Source of the DNA: Clostridia bacterium
Lineage (GTDB): Bacteria > Bacillota > Clostridia > Christensenellales > CAG-917
Direction: 5' to 3'
Assembly (NCBI GenBank): GCA_024405515.1
Contig: JAKSOR010000004.1
Span: forward strand, 1-53,800
DNA length: 53,800 nucleotides
Made by a program: the position numbers and the translations under genes. This document shows positions 15,221 to 23,887 of this stretch, in pieces; position 1 is the first letter of the stretch; each line of letters starts with the position of its first letter. The notes below the pieces were generated by a model. It had not been told where the DNA came from. It saw only the letters and a program-made list of their open reading frames with translations, and made no database searches.

Positions 15221-16843
15221 ATGCCACCAACAGGAAATAATATCAACATTTACGAAGATGTCGAAACAAGAAAAAAAATTGCATTAGAAATGGCAAATGC
15301 TCTTAACGAAGATGTCGGCAAATTCCCTTCAGAAATAACGGGCTATACTAATATCACCGAAAAAGACATTGATGATATGATTAACGACAAAGAGCATATG
15401 AACAGACATCTGCGTGCAAAAGCACTTGTTGACAGATCCAACAAGCAGACGGAAATTTTGGGTGAATGGAAAAAAGAAAACGCAGCTAAGCCACTGCAGG
15501 ACAGAGTATTTTATCCGAATGTTAGCACAATAATGTACTCGTTCATTGACCCATCTGGCACTCCGGAAGCTAAAAAGAAAAATGATGAACTTTTTGAAAG
15601 AGTAAAGAACGAAGGGGATACTTTTTTACTGAAAAAAGCATTTGAGGTTATCAGCAATTTTGATTATCAACAGTTGTTTGAGCCTGATGAAAACAAAAAA
15701 TTTGACATATATGAAAAGCACCAGGATGAACTGAATATAATGTTCGCAATTCACAGAAGCCTGGCTAATAATGGTATGCTTGAAAAATTACCGAAATCTA
15801 CTTTAGAAGTATATGAAAACAACAAAAAAATAATAGAATCCGCATCAAATATTAAATCGACAGTAGAAGGTATGGGTTCAACTATGTTCCTTTTGATACC
15901 GGAAAACAAAATGACAAAACTGACATCAGTCTCTATGGGTGGAAAAGCGATTCATGATACTTTGAAGCCTTATGTCGAAAACGGATTTAATCCAGGGAAA
16001 GATCCAATTAATGATGTCAATAATATAGTAACCCCTTGCTCACTAGAAGAAGAAAACAAAAAAATAGCGGATGCTTTTAAAACTGTCAAGCCAAAAAATG
16101 TTCTTAATATGACTGCAAAAATTTACGATTCTGAAAAAAAGCAATATGTAAATGTTACTAACTATGAAGGACTTCTGGCACATGCAGAGGGTAAACAAGT
16201 AATTTTTACCGAAGATAAGAATGGGAAGGATATTTTTAAAGAGACAGAATTCCCAGACCTACATAAAGAAGATAGGCTATCTATAATTAAATCAACATTA
16301 ATATCTACAGAATACAACAAAAAAGAAGGCGAACGTCTTAAAGGTCTACTCAAAAAGTTACAAGACACACATACTATATTTTCAAATACACGTTTTTCAA
16401 CAGATTCGGAAGAATTTGAGAACTTAGAAGATTCATTAGAACGTTTTATTCATGTAACCGAACAGATTAATAAGGATACATTTAAAGGTCCTGACGGAAA
16501 AGACAACATGAAAGTATATCTGGATGCATACAAAAATTTAGAAGATAGCGCCGGGAAATATTATAATGCTAAAATAAATCAATCAAAAAATGACAGAAGA
16601 CAGAAAAGATTTGATATAGCTGAAGAAATTTTCAAATCAATGGACAGCAGGCAAATAGATGAAGCTGTAAATGGCCCGTCAAAAGCTTTAATTGCACATA
16701 GGCAGCACATATCTGTCATGGAAGCAAGTGATATAACTAACAGTGGCAAATCAAAAGATGTAAGCAAAGCAGTAAATCAACTTGCCAAAGGTCTTGATTA
16801 TAAAGAACCACAGAAAGGTCAAAAATTAAACGTCTCTAAATAA
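15221..16843 (+). CDS. Unknown-function protein, paralogue 3 of tandem array
   Basis: 540 aa, collinear similarity with paralogues 1 and 2. Confidence 0.85.
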   Translation: MPPTGNNINIYEDVETRKKIALEMANALNEDVGKFPSEITGYTNITEKDIDDMINDKEHMNRHLRAKALVDRSNKQTEILGEWKKENAAKPLQDRVFYPNVSTIMYSFIDPSGTPEAKKKNDELFERVKNEGDTFLLKKAFEVISNFDYQQLFEPDENKKFDIYEKHQDELNIMFAIHRSLANNGMLEKLPKSTLEVYENNKKIIESASNIKSTVEGMGSTMFLLIPENKMTKLTSVSMGGKAIHDTLKPYVENGFNPGKDPINDVNNIVTPCSLEEENKKIADAFKTVKPKNVLNMTAKIYDSEKKQYVNVTNYEGLLAHAEGKQVIFTEDKNGKDIFKETEFPDLHKEDRLSIIKSTLISTEYNKKEGERLKGLLKKLQDTHTIFSNTRFSTDSEEFENLEDSLERFIHVTEQINKDTFKGPDGKDNMKVYLDAYKNLEDSAGKYYNAKINQSKNDRRQKRFDIAEEIFKSMDSRQIDEAVNGPSKALIAHRQHISVMEASDITNSGKSKDVSKAVNQLAKGLDYKEPQKGQKLNVSK

Positions 16844-16844
16844 C

Positions 16845-16868
16845 AAATGCCGCTCACGAGCGGCATTT
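16845..16868. terminator. Bidirectional terminator
   Basis: AAATGCCGCTC-AC-GAGCGGCATTT between convergent genes. Confidence 0.8.
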
Positions 16869-16871
16869 CAA

Positions 16872-17522
16872 TTAGTCTTTTAATATAAGATCCGCGACAT
16901 CCATCGGAGTATCTACGATGAAGTCAGCGGAGTATTTTTCAAACTCTTCCCTACTCCCGTATCCCCATAATCCAGCCACACATTTTATGCCAGCCTGATG
17001 TGCTCCTTCAATATCATAGAGTCTATCACCAACCATCAGAACACGGCTTTTATCTGTAATATTTAATGCATTAAACACTATGTTTATGACATCTTTCTTA
17101 GTTTCAGCCGATTTGTCATCACTGGCGCCTCCAACAAAATCAAAGTACTTTCTGAGCCCGAATCCATCGATAATATCATTGGAAAATTTCAGTGGTTTTG
17201 AGGTTGCGACTGCAAGGTGAAGGCCGGCATTTTTCAGCCTATCCAGAGACTCACAGATGCCCGGATAGACAGATGCTTCCTTCCATCCTCTTTCCTTATA
17301 TTCTCCCCTGTAGATTCTTATGAAATCCTCTATGTTATCGATATCGACATCGAACAGTTCTTTCATTGAGGTTCTGAAAGGAGGTCCTATCATTGAATTA
17401 AGCTGAGCCTCTGTGTAAGTGATTCCCTTTGCATCAAGAGATAATCTGATGCACCTTTTAACCCCAGGAGCTGAGTCCATAAGTGTTCCGTCTAAATCGT
17501 ACAGGATATAATCGTATTTCAT
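16872..17522 (-). CDS. HAD-family hydrolase (phosphoglycolate phosphatase / 5'-nucleotidase-like)
   Basis: Motif I DLDGTL, motif II ATSK, motif IV MVGDRLYDIEGA. Confidence 0.9.
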   Translation of the reverse strand: MKYDYILYDLDGTLMDSAPGVKRCIRLSLDAKGITYTEAQLNSMIGPPFRTSMKELFDVDIDNIEDFIRIYRGEYKERGWKEASVYPGICESLDRLKNAGLHLAVATSKPLKFSNDIIDGFGLRKYFDFVGGASDDKSAETKKDVINIVFNALNITDKSRVLMVGDRLYDIEGAHQAGIKCVAGLWGYGSREEFEKYSADFIVDTPMDVADLILKD

Positions 17523-17530
17523 CGTTTCCT

Positions 17531-18805
17531 CTATTTTTTGAACAATTTAAGAATGTCAGGTTTTGTATCTCTGGATACAAGTGATGTAACAAGGCAGTCA
17601 TAGTCAAATACCTGAATTGCCATCTCATCAACCTCTTTTTTTGTTATGCTGTCAATTATTTTCAGTCTTTCATCAGGATTATACAGTTTGTCCTCCATAA
17701 TGGCTTTCTGACCGAATGTATTCATAACACTTCTTGTTCTTTCTTCGGCAAGTACAAATGCTGTTTTTACCTGTTCCTTGGCTTTGGAGAGTTCTTCCTC
17801 TGTCACTCCCTTTTCCTTAAGGACATCAAGTTCATGTCTTATTGCACTGACAGTTTTCTCCACCTTATCAGGACTTGTGGATGTATAAATAACCATCCTG
17901 CCGTTATTCTTATAGGATGATCTCATACAGCCTACTGAATAACATACACCGAGTTTTTCCCTGATATTCTGGAAAAGTCTTGAGGACATTCCGCCATCAA
18001 GAATAAGTGAAAGCACACCGAGTACCTCTCTTCCCCGTTCATCTTCTGGTGAAAGTTTGTCCGGGAAATAGAATGCCATATGGGACTGTGCTATATCTTT
18101 CTTTTTCTTTACAGAAGCCGAAACATAAGGAGCTGCCGGATAATCAACTATCACCTTTTCCGATTTCTGCATTTTTGATTCAAAATACTTATTTACAAGT
18201 TTTTCAGCTTTCTCAGGAGAAATATTTCCTGCAATGCTTATAACCGTATTTGAAGGCACATAAAGCCTTGAATGATAGCTCTTGAGCATATCTGAATCAA
18301 TTGCCATTAATGAAGCCTTAGTACCCAGGATTTCATTTTCAAACTGTGAACCGCCGCAGGACAGCTTTGTTCCATTGCTCATAAGAACATCAAACGGATC
18401 ATCCTCACTTTCATGTATTTCTTCTATAACTACTTTCCTTTCTTTTTTAAGGTCCTTTGAATCAAATTTAGGATTAAAATACATATCGGAAAGTATATCC
18501 ATACACTTTTCAACGTGTTCATCAAGAGACTCTGTATAAAAATAAGTAAACGACTTGGCTGTGGCAGCATTTATATTTGCACCGATTTCATCCATTTCAT
18601 TTACAATATCAAATGAAGTCCTTTTCTCTGTTCCTTTGAAAACCATATGCTCAATAAAGTGGGATATTCCCGCTTCATTTTCTTTTTCGGTAATTACACC
18701 GGCGCCTACAAAAACGCCCATTGACAATGAACGCACACTTGTGTTTTCACATACGATTAGTCTTAATCCGCTGTTAAATTTAATTAATTTTTTATTCATC
18801 TTCAC
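17531..18805 (-). CDS. M16 (pitrilysin-family) zinc peptidase, YmxG/MlpA-like
   Basis: HFIEH (HxxEH), GGMSSRLFQNIREKLG; conserved position after pnp. Start is GTG 18805 or ATG 18799. Confidence 0.92.
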   Translation of the reverse strand: MKMNKKLIKFNSGLRLIVCENTSVRSLSMGVFVGAGVITEKENEAGISHFIEHMVFKGTEKRTSFDIVNEMDEIGANINAATAKSFTYFYTESLDEHVEKCMDILSDMYFNPKFDSKDLKKERKVVIEEIHESEDDPFDVLMSNGTKLSCGGSQFENEILGTKASLMAIDSDMLKSYHSRLYVPSNTVISIAGNISPEKAEKLVNKYFESKMQKSEKVIVDYPAAPYVSASVKKKKDIAQSHMAFYFPDKLSPEDERGREVLGVLSLILDGGMSSRLFQNIREKLGVCYSVGCMRSSYKNNGRMVIYTSTSPDKVEKTVSAIRHELDVLKEKGVTEEELSKAKEQVKTAFVLAEERTRSVMNTFGQKAIMEDKLYNPDERLKIIDSITKKEVDEMAIQVFDYDCLVTSLVSRDTKPDILKLFKK

Positions 18806-18810
18806 TCTTA

Positions 18811-18846
18811 AATTAAAGGCGCCTCATTTAGTGAAGCGCCTTAATT
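18811..18846 (-). terminator. Terminator-like hairpin after pnp
   Basis: Minus strand AGGCGCTTCA...TGAGGCGCCT then TTAATTT. Confidence 0.6.
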
Positions 18847-18861
18847 GTGTTTACTAAATGA

Positions 18862-20976
18862 TTATGCTTTCTTGATGACTTCTTTGAGTTTGAGGTCTAC
18901 ACGGTGTTTCTCGTCAATCTTGATTACTTTTACAAGTACGATATCTCCGACATTAACAACGTCTGTTACTTTCTCTACTCTTTCATCTGAAAGTTTGGAA
19001 ATATGAATCATTCCGTCTTTTCCTGGTGCAAAGTTTACGTTTGCTCCGAACTGGCCTTTTTCATTTTCCATAATCTTTGTTACTTTGCCTTCATATACAT
19101 CACCGACTTCAACGTCACGGCAGATTGCTTCAATCATAGCTTTTGCTTTGTTGATTGCTGCCTGGTCTGCTGATGCTACAAAGATTGTTCCTTCATCATT
19201 GATGTCTACCTTTACACCTGTTTCTTCGATAATCTTATTGATTGTCTTACCACCTGTTCCGATAACATCCTTAATCTTGTCTACATCGATTGAGAATGAA
19301 GAAATCTTTGGTGCCCATTTGCTGAGTTCTGCTCTTGGGCCTGGAAGAACTGCTGTCATCTTTGATAAGATTTCGAGACGTCCCTGTCTTGCCTGCTCAA
19401 GGGCACGTGTTAAGATAGCTTTGTCAATACCTTTGATCTTGATATCCATCTGGATAGCTGTGATACCTTCTGTTGTACCTGCTACCTTGAAGTCCATGTC
19501 GCCGAGGAAGTCCTCTAAGCCCTGGATATCTGTAAGAACAGCAACTTTACCGCTCTCAACGTCTTTCATTAATCCCATTGCAACACCTGCTACAGGAGCT
19601 TTGATAGGAACACCTGCGTCCATAAGTGAAAGTGTTGAACCGCAGACTGAAGCCATTGATGTGGAACCGTTTGAAGATAAGATATCTGATACTGTTCTGA
19701 TTGCATACGGGAATTCTTCCTCGCTCGGGAGAACTGGTTCAAGTGATCTTTCTGCAAGAGCGCCATGTCCGATTTCACGTCTGCCTGGGCTCTTTAATGC
19801 CTTTGCTTCACCTGTTGTGTAACCTGGCATATTGTACTGATGCATATATCTCTTATAGAAGTCTTCATCAAGTCCTTCGAGTTTCTGTGCTTCTGAAATT
19901 GTTCCGAGAGTACATGTTGTTAAAGCCTGTGTCTGACCTCTTGTAAATACTGCTGAGCCGTGAACTCTTGGTAAAATACCTGCTTCACACCAGATAGGAC
20001 GGATTTCTGTTAACTTTCTTCCATCCGGACGGATTCCTTCGTTAATAACTTTTGCACGTACTTTTTCTTTCTTTAAGTAATAAAGTGAATCAAGGATGAA
20101 TTTTACTTTCTTCGGTTCATCATTGAAATCATCTACAAAGTGTGCGAGAACATCTTCATTTAATGCATCTTCTCTTGCTTCTCTTTCATAACGGTCGAAA
20201 GCTTCAAGAACATAATCCATCTTCTTGTCTGCATATGCTCTTACTGCTGCATCGATATCTTCCGGGATATGTTCAAGATCAATATCTGCCTTTTCTTTTC
20301 CAACTTCTTTTGCAATTCCTTCGATGAATTCAACAAGTTTCTTGATTTCTTCATGACCGAACATGATTGCATCAAGCATTTCCTGTTCTGAAATGATATC
20401 TGAACCTGCTTCTACCATTAAGATAGCTTCCTTTGTTCCTGAAAGGTTAAGAGTAAGTCTTGATTTTGCTCTCTCTGCTGAATTCGGGTTGATGATATAC
20501 TTTCCGTCTACCATGCCGACAACTACTGAACCTGTCGGTCCTGCCCATGGAATATCTGAAATTGCAAGTGCTACAGAAGAACCGATCATTCCGTAAACTT
20601 CTGGCGGAATATCAGGATCTACTGATAAAACTGTTGCGATAACTGTAACATCATTGTAAATGCCCTTCGGGAAAAGTGGTCTGATAGGACGGTCAATAAG
20701 ACGTGATGTCAAAATAGCCTTGTCGCTTGCCTTTCCTTCTCTCTTCTTGAATCCGCCTGGGATTTTACCAATAGCGTACATCTTTTCTTCATAGTCTACG
20801 CTGAGCGGGAAGAAATCCATTCCTTCTCTTGCTTCTTTTGCCATAGTAGCATTTACCATGACAACTGTGTCTCCGCAGCGTACGATACAAGAACCGTTAG
20901 CCTGTCCGCAATATGCTCCTGTCTCGATGGTTAATTCTCTGCCACCGGTTGTTGTTTTGAAAATTTTTCTTTCCAT
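18862..20976 (-). CDS. pnp: Polyribonucleotide nucleotidyltransferase (PNPase)
   Basis: FFPLSVDYEE, RREIGHG, SNGSTSMASVC, DMDFKVAGT, KH and S1 domains; ATG 20976 with AGGAG RBS. Confidence 0.98.
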   Translation of the reverse strand: MERKIFKTTTGGRELTIETGAYCGQANGSCIVRCGDTVVMVNATMAKEAREGMDFFPLSVDYEEKMYAIGKIPGGFKKREGKASDKAILTSRLIDRPIRPLFPKGIYNDVTVIATVLSVDPDIPPEVYGMIGSSVALAISDIPWAGPTGSVVVGMVDGKYIINPNSAERAKSRLTLNLSGTKEAILMVEAGSDIISEQEMLDAIMFGHEEIKKLVEFIEGIAKEVGKEKADIDLEHIPEDIDAAVRAYADKKMDYVLEAFDRYEREAREDALNEDVLAHFVDDFNDEPKKVKFILDSLYYLKKEKVRAKVINEGIRPDGRKLTEIRPIWCEAGILPRVHGSAVFTRGQTQALTTCTLGTISEAQKLEGLDEDFYKRYMHQYNMPGYTTGEAKALKSPGRREIGHGALAERSLEPVLPSEEEFPYAIRTVSDILSSNGSTSMASVCGSTLSLMDAGVPIKAPVAGVAMGLMKDVESGKVAVLTDIQGLEDFLGDMDFKVAGTTEGITAIQMDIKIKGIDKAILTRALEQARQGRLEILSKMTAVLPGPRAELSKWAPKISSFSIDVDKIKDVIGTGGKTINKIIEETGVKVDINDEGTIFVASADQAAINKAKAMIEAICRDVEVGDVYEGKVTKIMENEKGQFGANVNFAPGKDGMIHISKLSDERVEKVTDVVNVGDIVLVKVIKIDEKHRVDLKLKEVIKKA

Positions 20977-21019
20977 ATTTATCTCCTCTTTGGGAACCTC
21001 ATCGTCCCTAATTATTATC

Positions 21020-21047
21020 AAAAATAAGGGTGCGTAAAAACGCACCC
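21020..21047 (-). terminator. Terminator after rpsO
   Basis: GGGTGCGT-4 nt-ACGCACCC followed by TTATTTTT on the minus strand. Confidence 0.8.
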
Positions 21048-21054
21048 GGAATTA

Positions 21055-21318
21055 TTACTTTCTTAAGCCTAATGAGCTTACAAGAGCACGATAGCGTTCG
21101 ATGTCTAAATCTTTGAGATAGTTCTGGAGATTTCTTCTCTGACCTACTAACATTAACAGACCTCTTCTGCTGTGGTGATCCTTCGGGTGATTCTTTAAGT
21201 GTTCTGTGAGTTCTGCAATTCTAGCTGTGAGTAATGCAATCTGAACTTCCGGTGAACCTGTGTCTCCCTCTTTACGTGCGTACTTAGCAATAATTTCCTG
21301 TTTTTTTGCTTTATCCAT
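21055..21318 (-). CDS. rpsO: 30S ribosomal protein S15
   Basis: [28 protein letters not shown]. Confidence 0.99.
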   Translation of the reverse strand: MDKAKKQEIIAKYARKEGDTGSPEVQIALLTARIAELTEHLKNHPKDHHSRRGLLMLVGQRRNLQNYLKDLDIERYRALVSSLGLRK

Positions 21319-21324
21319 TGTTTA

Positions 21325-21400
21325 GCCTCCTTCTGTGGATAAATGATACGTCTCGGCCAAGTAAGGACTCGGAGTAATTGTCCAAACCTCGCCGGACTCC
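21325..21400 (-). promoter_or_regulatory. Probable S15 autoregulatory leader RNA
   Basis: Minus-strand leader folds as CGGCGAGG...CTTGGCCG around GGAC-AATTACTCCGA-GTCC; the loop CTCC could pair with the GGAGG RBS. Firmicute rpsO leaders are established. Confidence 0.6.
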
Positions 21401-21490
21401 GTTGCATATATTATCATATTAATAATATTAAAGTAAAGTAAATCGGCATTAATTTTTGTCAATGTTAACAATTCGTCAGTATGCCATTGA

Positions 21491-23836
21491 TTATTTTAAT
21501 GTAAAGATCAGACTGCCGCCTTCGTTTTCGGCTTTAACAGCATCGTTTTCAATAAAACTGCCGTCATAAACGGCTGTGCCGTTAATGGTCAAAGAAGTGA
21601 TGCTTTCAGGAAGAATAATTTTACCGCCTGAAAATGCAGTAACACTTACCGAACCACCGTTCCATGCCACATTTATGCTGCCGTTTATGGTCTGAACGCT
21701 CAGTGAAACACTGTCAAGAAGCGTTAAATCCGGCTCTATAATGTAGGAAGAATAGCCGGCACCGGTATACTGGATTCCTGCAATATATTCGGCAAATAAT
21801 ATGACAGAGCCTCCGCCCCAAGCATGGTTAATCCCGCTGAATGCTTTGCTCCAAAGTTCCCAGAGCGTAGTACAGTCAGAATCAAGCATTTTTGAATATC
21901 TTTCTTTTATGCGTTCTATTGCTTCTTTTCCCCTTCCTGACTTAAAAAGCGCCTCATCCACATATTTTTCCATATAAGGACTTGAATTTTTAACATTAGT
22001 CAGGACATTTATCACACCTTCAGTTTTATCTTCACCGGCAAGTCCTGAAAGAAGTGCGATTGCATTGCCCCTATCATCAAACTTTTTCTTTGAAGAATAA
22101 CCGCTGCCTTTCCAGAAATGCCTGTTGTATCCTTCGTATAATACAGTGCGTCTTTCTGCTGCCCAGTCATATGTTTCTTCATCCTCAAAGAGTTTTGCCG
22201 CATCGGATAATGCTCCGAGAGCGTAATAGTACCAGGCATTTTCGAGCACAGGCATATCGATTTTATTTCCCCAGTCGCCCCAGTCCCAGGATCCTTTACG
22301 ATGTTCAATAATCCCGTCATTTATCTGCCATAAATCAAGGTACGGTTTCATAAGAGGATATACAAGTTTTAATGTTTCAATGTCACCTGAATACATATAG
22401 TAATCATACATTGAAACTATAGCTGCAAGGTTCTGACACGGAAGTTCAAATATTTCTATGCCGTTCGGGGCAACAGTTGCGAATATACCGTCTTTATCAC
22501 TCCAGCCGACCAGAGATTTATACAGCTGAGATGACAGGTCATATGATTTATCTCCTATAAGATAGTGCGCGATTTTGGCGCTCAGCACGCCGTCTCCCAG
22601 CCATTGTGCCCTTTCTCTGTCAGGACAGTCCATATATGTATCACGCATATTTATGAGAACGGAGTTCGCCGATTTCTCCCACAAAAGATTCAGCCTTTCA
22701 TCACTGCTTGAAAATGCACCGGTAAGATCATAGCAGGCATACCCGGAAAGACGGTATCCGATATCCAGAATCTCAATACCTGCAGGAAGTGTGAGCACAA
22801 GTGCGCTTCCGCTCATCCAGTACGGACATTCAAATTCCTGCACGCCATCCTTTGTTTTATACACGTTTTCCTGAGATCTCTGATAACCGCCCTCAAATGT
22901 ATCCGTAATAAAGGTTATCCTCTTACCTGATTTTGCATTTATTTTGAAATATGGTGTGAACTGCACGTTTTTACCAATACGTAATTCTATTTTTTTAATG
23001 ACACTTGTCTTCATGCCGACAAAATCGGAATTGTTTTCAAAACTCTTTATATCATCAAAAGGAATCGTGCCGGTTTCGGACAGATAGAGTTTGTTCCAAG
23101 GTGCAGCTCCGCCTTTACCGAATGTTTTTGCGCTGCTCCAAGAATTATCATCAAAATCCTCTTTGATAAAATCAAAACTGCCTTTTCTTGCATCAAAATA
23201 GATATTGCTTTCCGGGAGTCTGTAATTAGGCTGGTCAAATATTCTGAAATCGTCATCTATAAATGCAGTCTGTCTCTGCACCTTAAACGAATTATCAGAG
23301 CAGATAAGCTTGCCTTCCACTAAGCTCTCAAATAAGAACCCGCCCTGCCCTGATGAATTATATGAATAGCCGTTTTCACCGAAATACCAGACAAGAACAC
23401 TTAATACATTTTTGCCTTTTTTGAGGCCTTTAAGCGGCACTTCCTGATAATATGTACCCGTCGGGGTAAGTCCCCTTTTCGGACTTCCGTCAAGGACAGC
23501 TAGTTCTCCGTTAATCCACATCGTGTATTTGCTGTCTGCGGATATATATGCTGTTTCATTTCCTGTCGGTTCATTGTCAAGAACAAAGGTTTTTCTGAAA
23601 GCAACGTGTGTGTTTCCTTCACAGTTCTCTTCCCATATCCATTCGGCATTCCAGTCTGATTTCACAAGATATTCAAGGCTTTCTGCATCAGCAAATCTCG
23701 AATAATCAATTTTGCAGGTCTTTTTTACGGAGGTATAAATAAAATGCCCGCCGAAGCAACAGACAAAAAGGGATACAATAACTATCCCGACCACAATAAT
23801 TATACGGACTTTTCTGCTTAAGTTTCTCGCTTTCAT
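21491..23836 (-). CDS. GH78 alpha-L-rhamnosidase-like glycoside hydrolase with N-terminal membrane anchor
   Basis: DCPDRERAQWLGD, ISADSKY...NG, TTLWELW, NHAWGG; basic N-terminus plus hydrophobic helix. Confidence 0.88.
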   Translation of the reverse strand: MKARNLSRKVRIIIVVGIVIVSLFVCCFGGHFIYTSVKKTCKIDYSRFADAESLEYLVKSDWNAEWIWEENCEGNTHVAFRKTFVLDNEPTGNETAYISADSKYTMWINGELAVLDGSPKRGLTPTGTYYQEVPLKGLKKGKNVLSVLVWYFGENGYSYNSSGQGGFLFESLVEGKLICSDNSFKVQRQTAFIDDDFRIFDQPNYRLPESNIYFDARKGSFDFIKEDFDDNSWSSAKTFGKGGAAPWNKLYLSETGTIPFDDIKSFENNSDFVGMKTSVIKKIELRIGKNVQFTPYFKINAKSGKRITFITDTFEGGYQRSQENVYKTKDGVQEFECPYWMSGSALVLTLPAGIEILDIGYRLSGYACYDLTGAFSSSDERLNLLWEKSANSVLINMRDTYMDCPDRERAQWLGDGVLSAKIAHYLIGDKSYDLSSQLYKSLVGWSDKDGIFATVAPNGIEIFELPCQNLAAIVSMYDYYMYSGDIETLKLVYPLMKPYLDLWQINDGIIEHRKGSWDWGDWGNKIDMPVLENAWYYYALGALSDAAKLFEDEETYDWAAERRTVLYEGYNRHFWKGSGYSSKKKFDDRGNAIALLSGLAGEDKTEGVINVLTNVKNSSPYMEKYVDEALFKSGRGKEAIERIKERYSKMLDSDCTTLWELWSKAFSGINHAWGGGSVILFAEYIAGIQYTGAGYSSYIIEPDLTLLDSVSLSVQTINGSINVAWNGGSVSVTAFSGGKIILPESITSLTINGTAVYDGSFIENDAVKAENEGGSLIFTLK

Positions 23837-23887
23837 ATATACAGGTTAATTATATCATAATTACGGCCGTAATAAAGATTGGGAATT

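Noticed and set aside
13429-15228. Repeated intergenic blocks as CRISPR repeats or attC-like integron sites
   Set aside because: Only 2-3 copies spaced by whole genes, not palindromic, containing promoter and RBS features; no cas or integrase gene in the window.
3541-16843. Complete diversity-generating retroelement
   Set aside because: No reverse transcriptase ORF and no TR/VR pair seen in this window.
19085-19822. 245-aa plus-strand ORF antisense to pnp, and similar shadow ORFs opposite phoH, parE, valS, metY and the giant gene
   Set aside because: They lie entirely within clearly identified genes, lack an RBS or motifs, and are expected from codon bias on the opposite strand.
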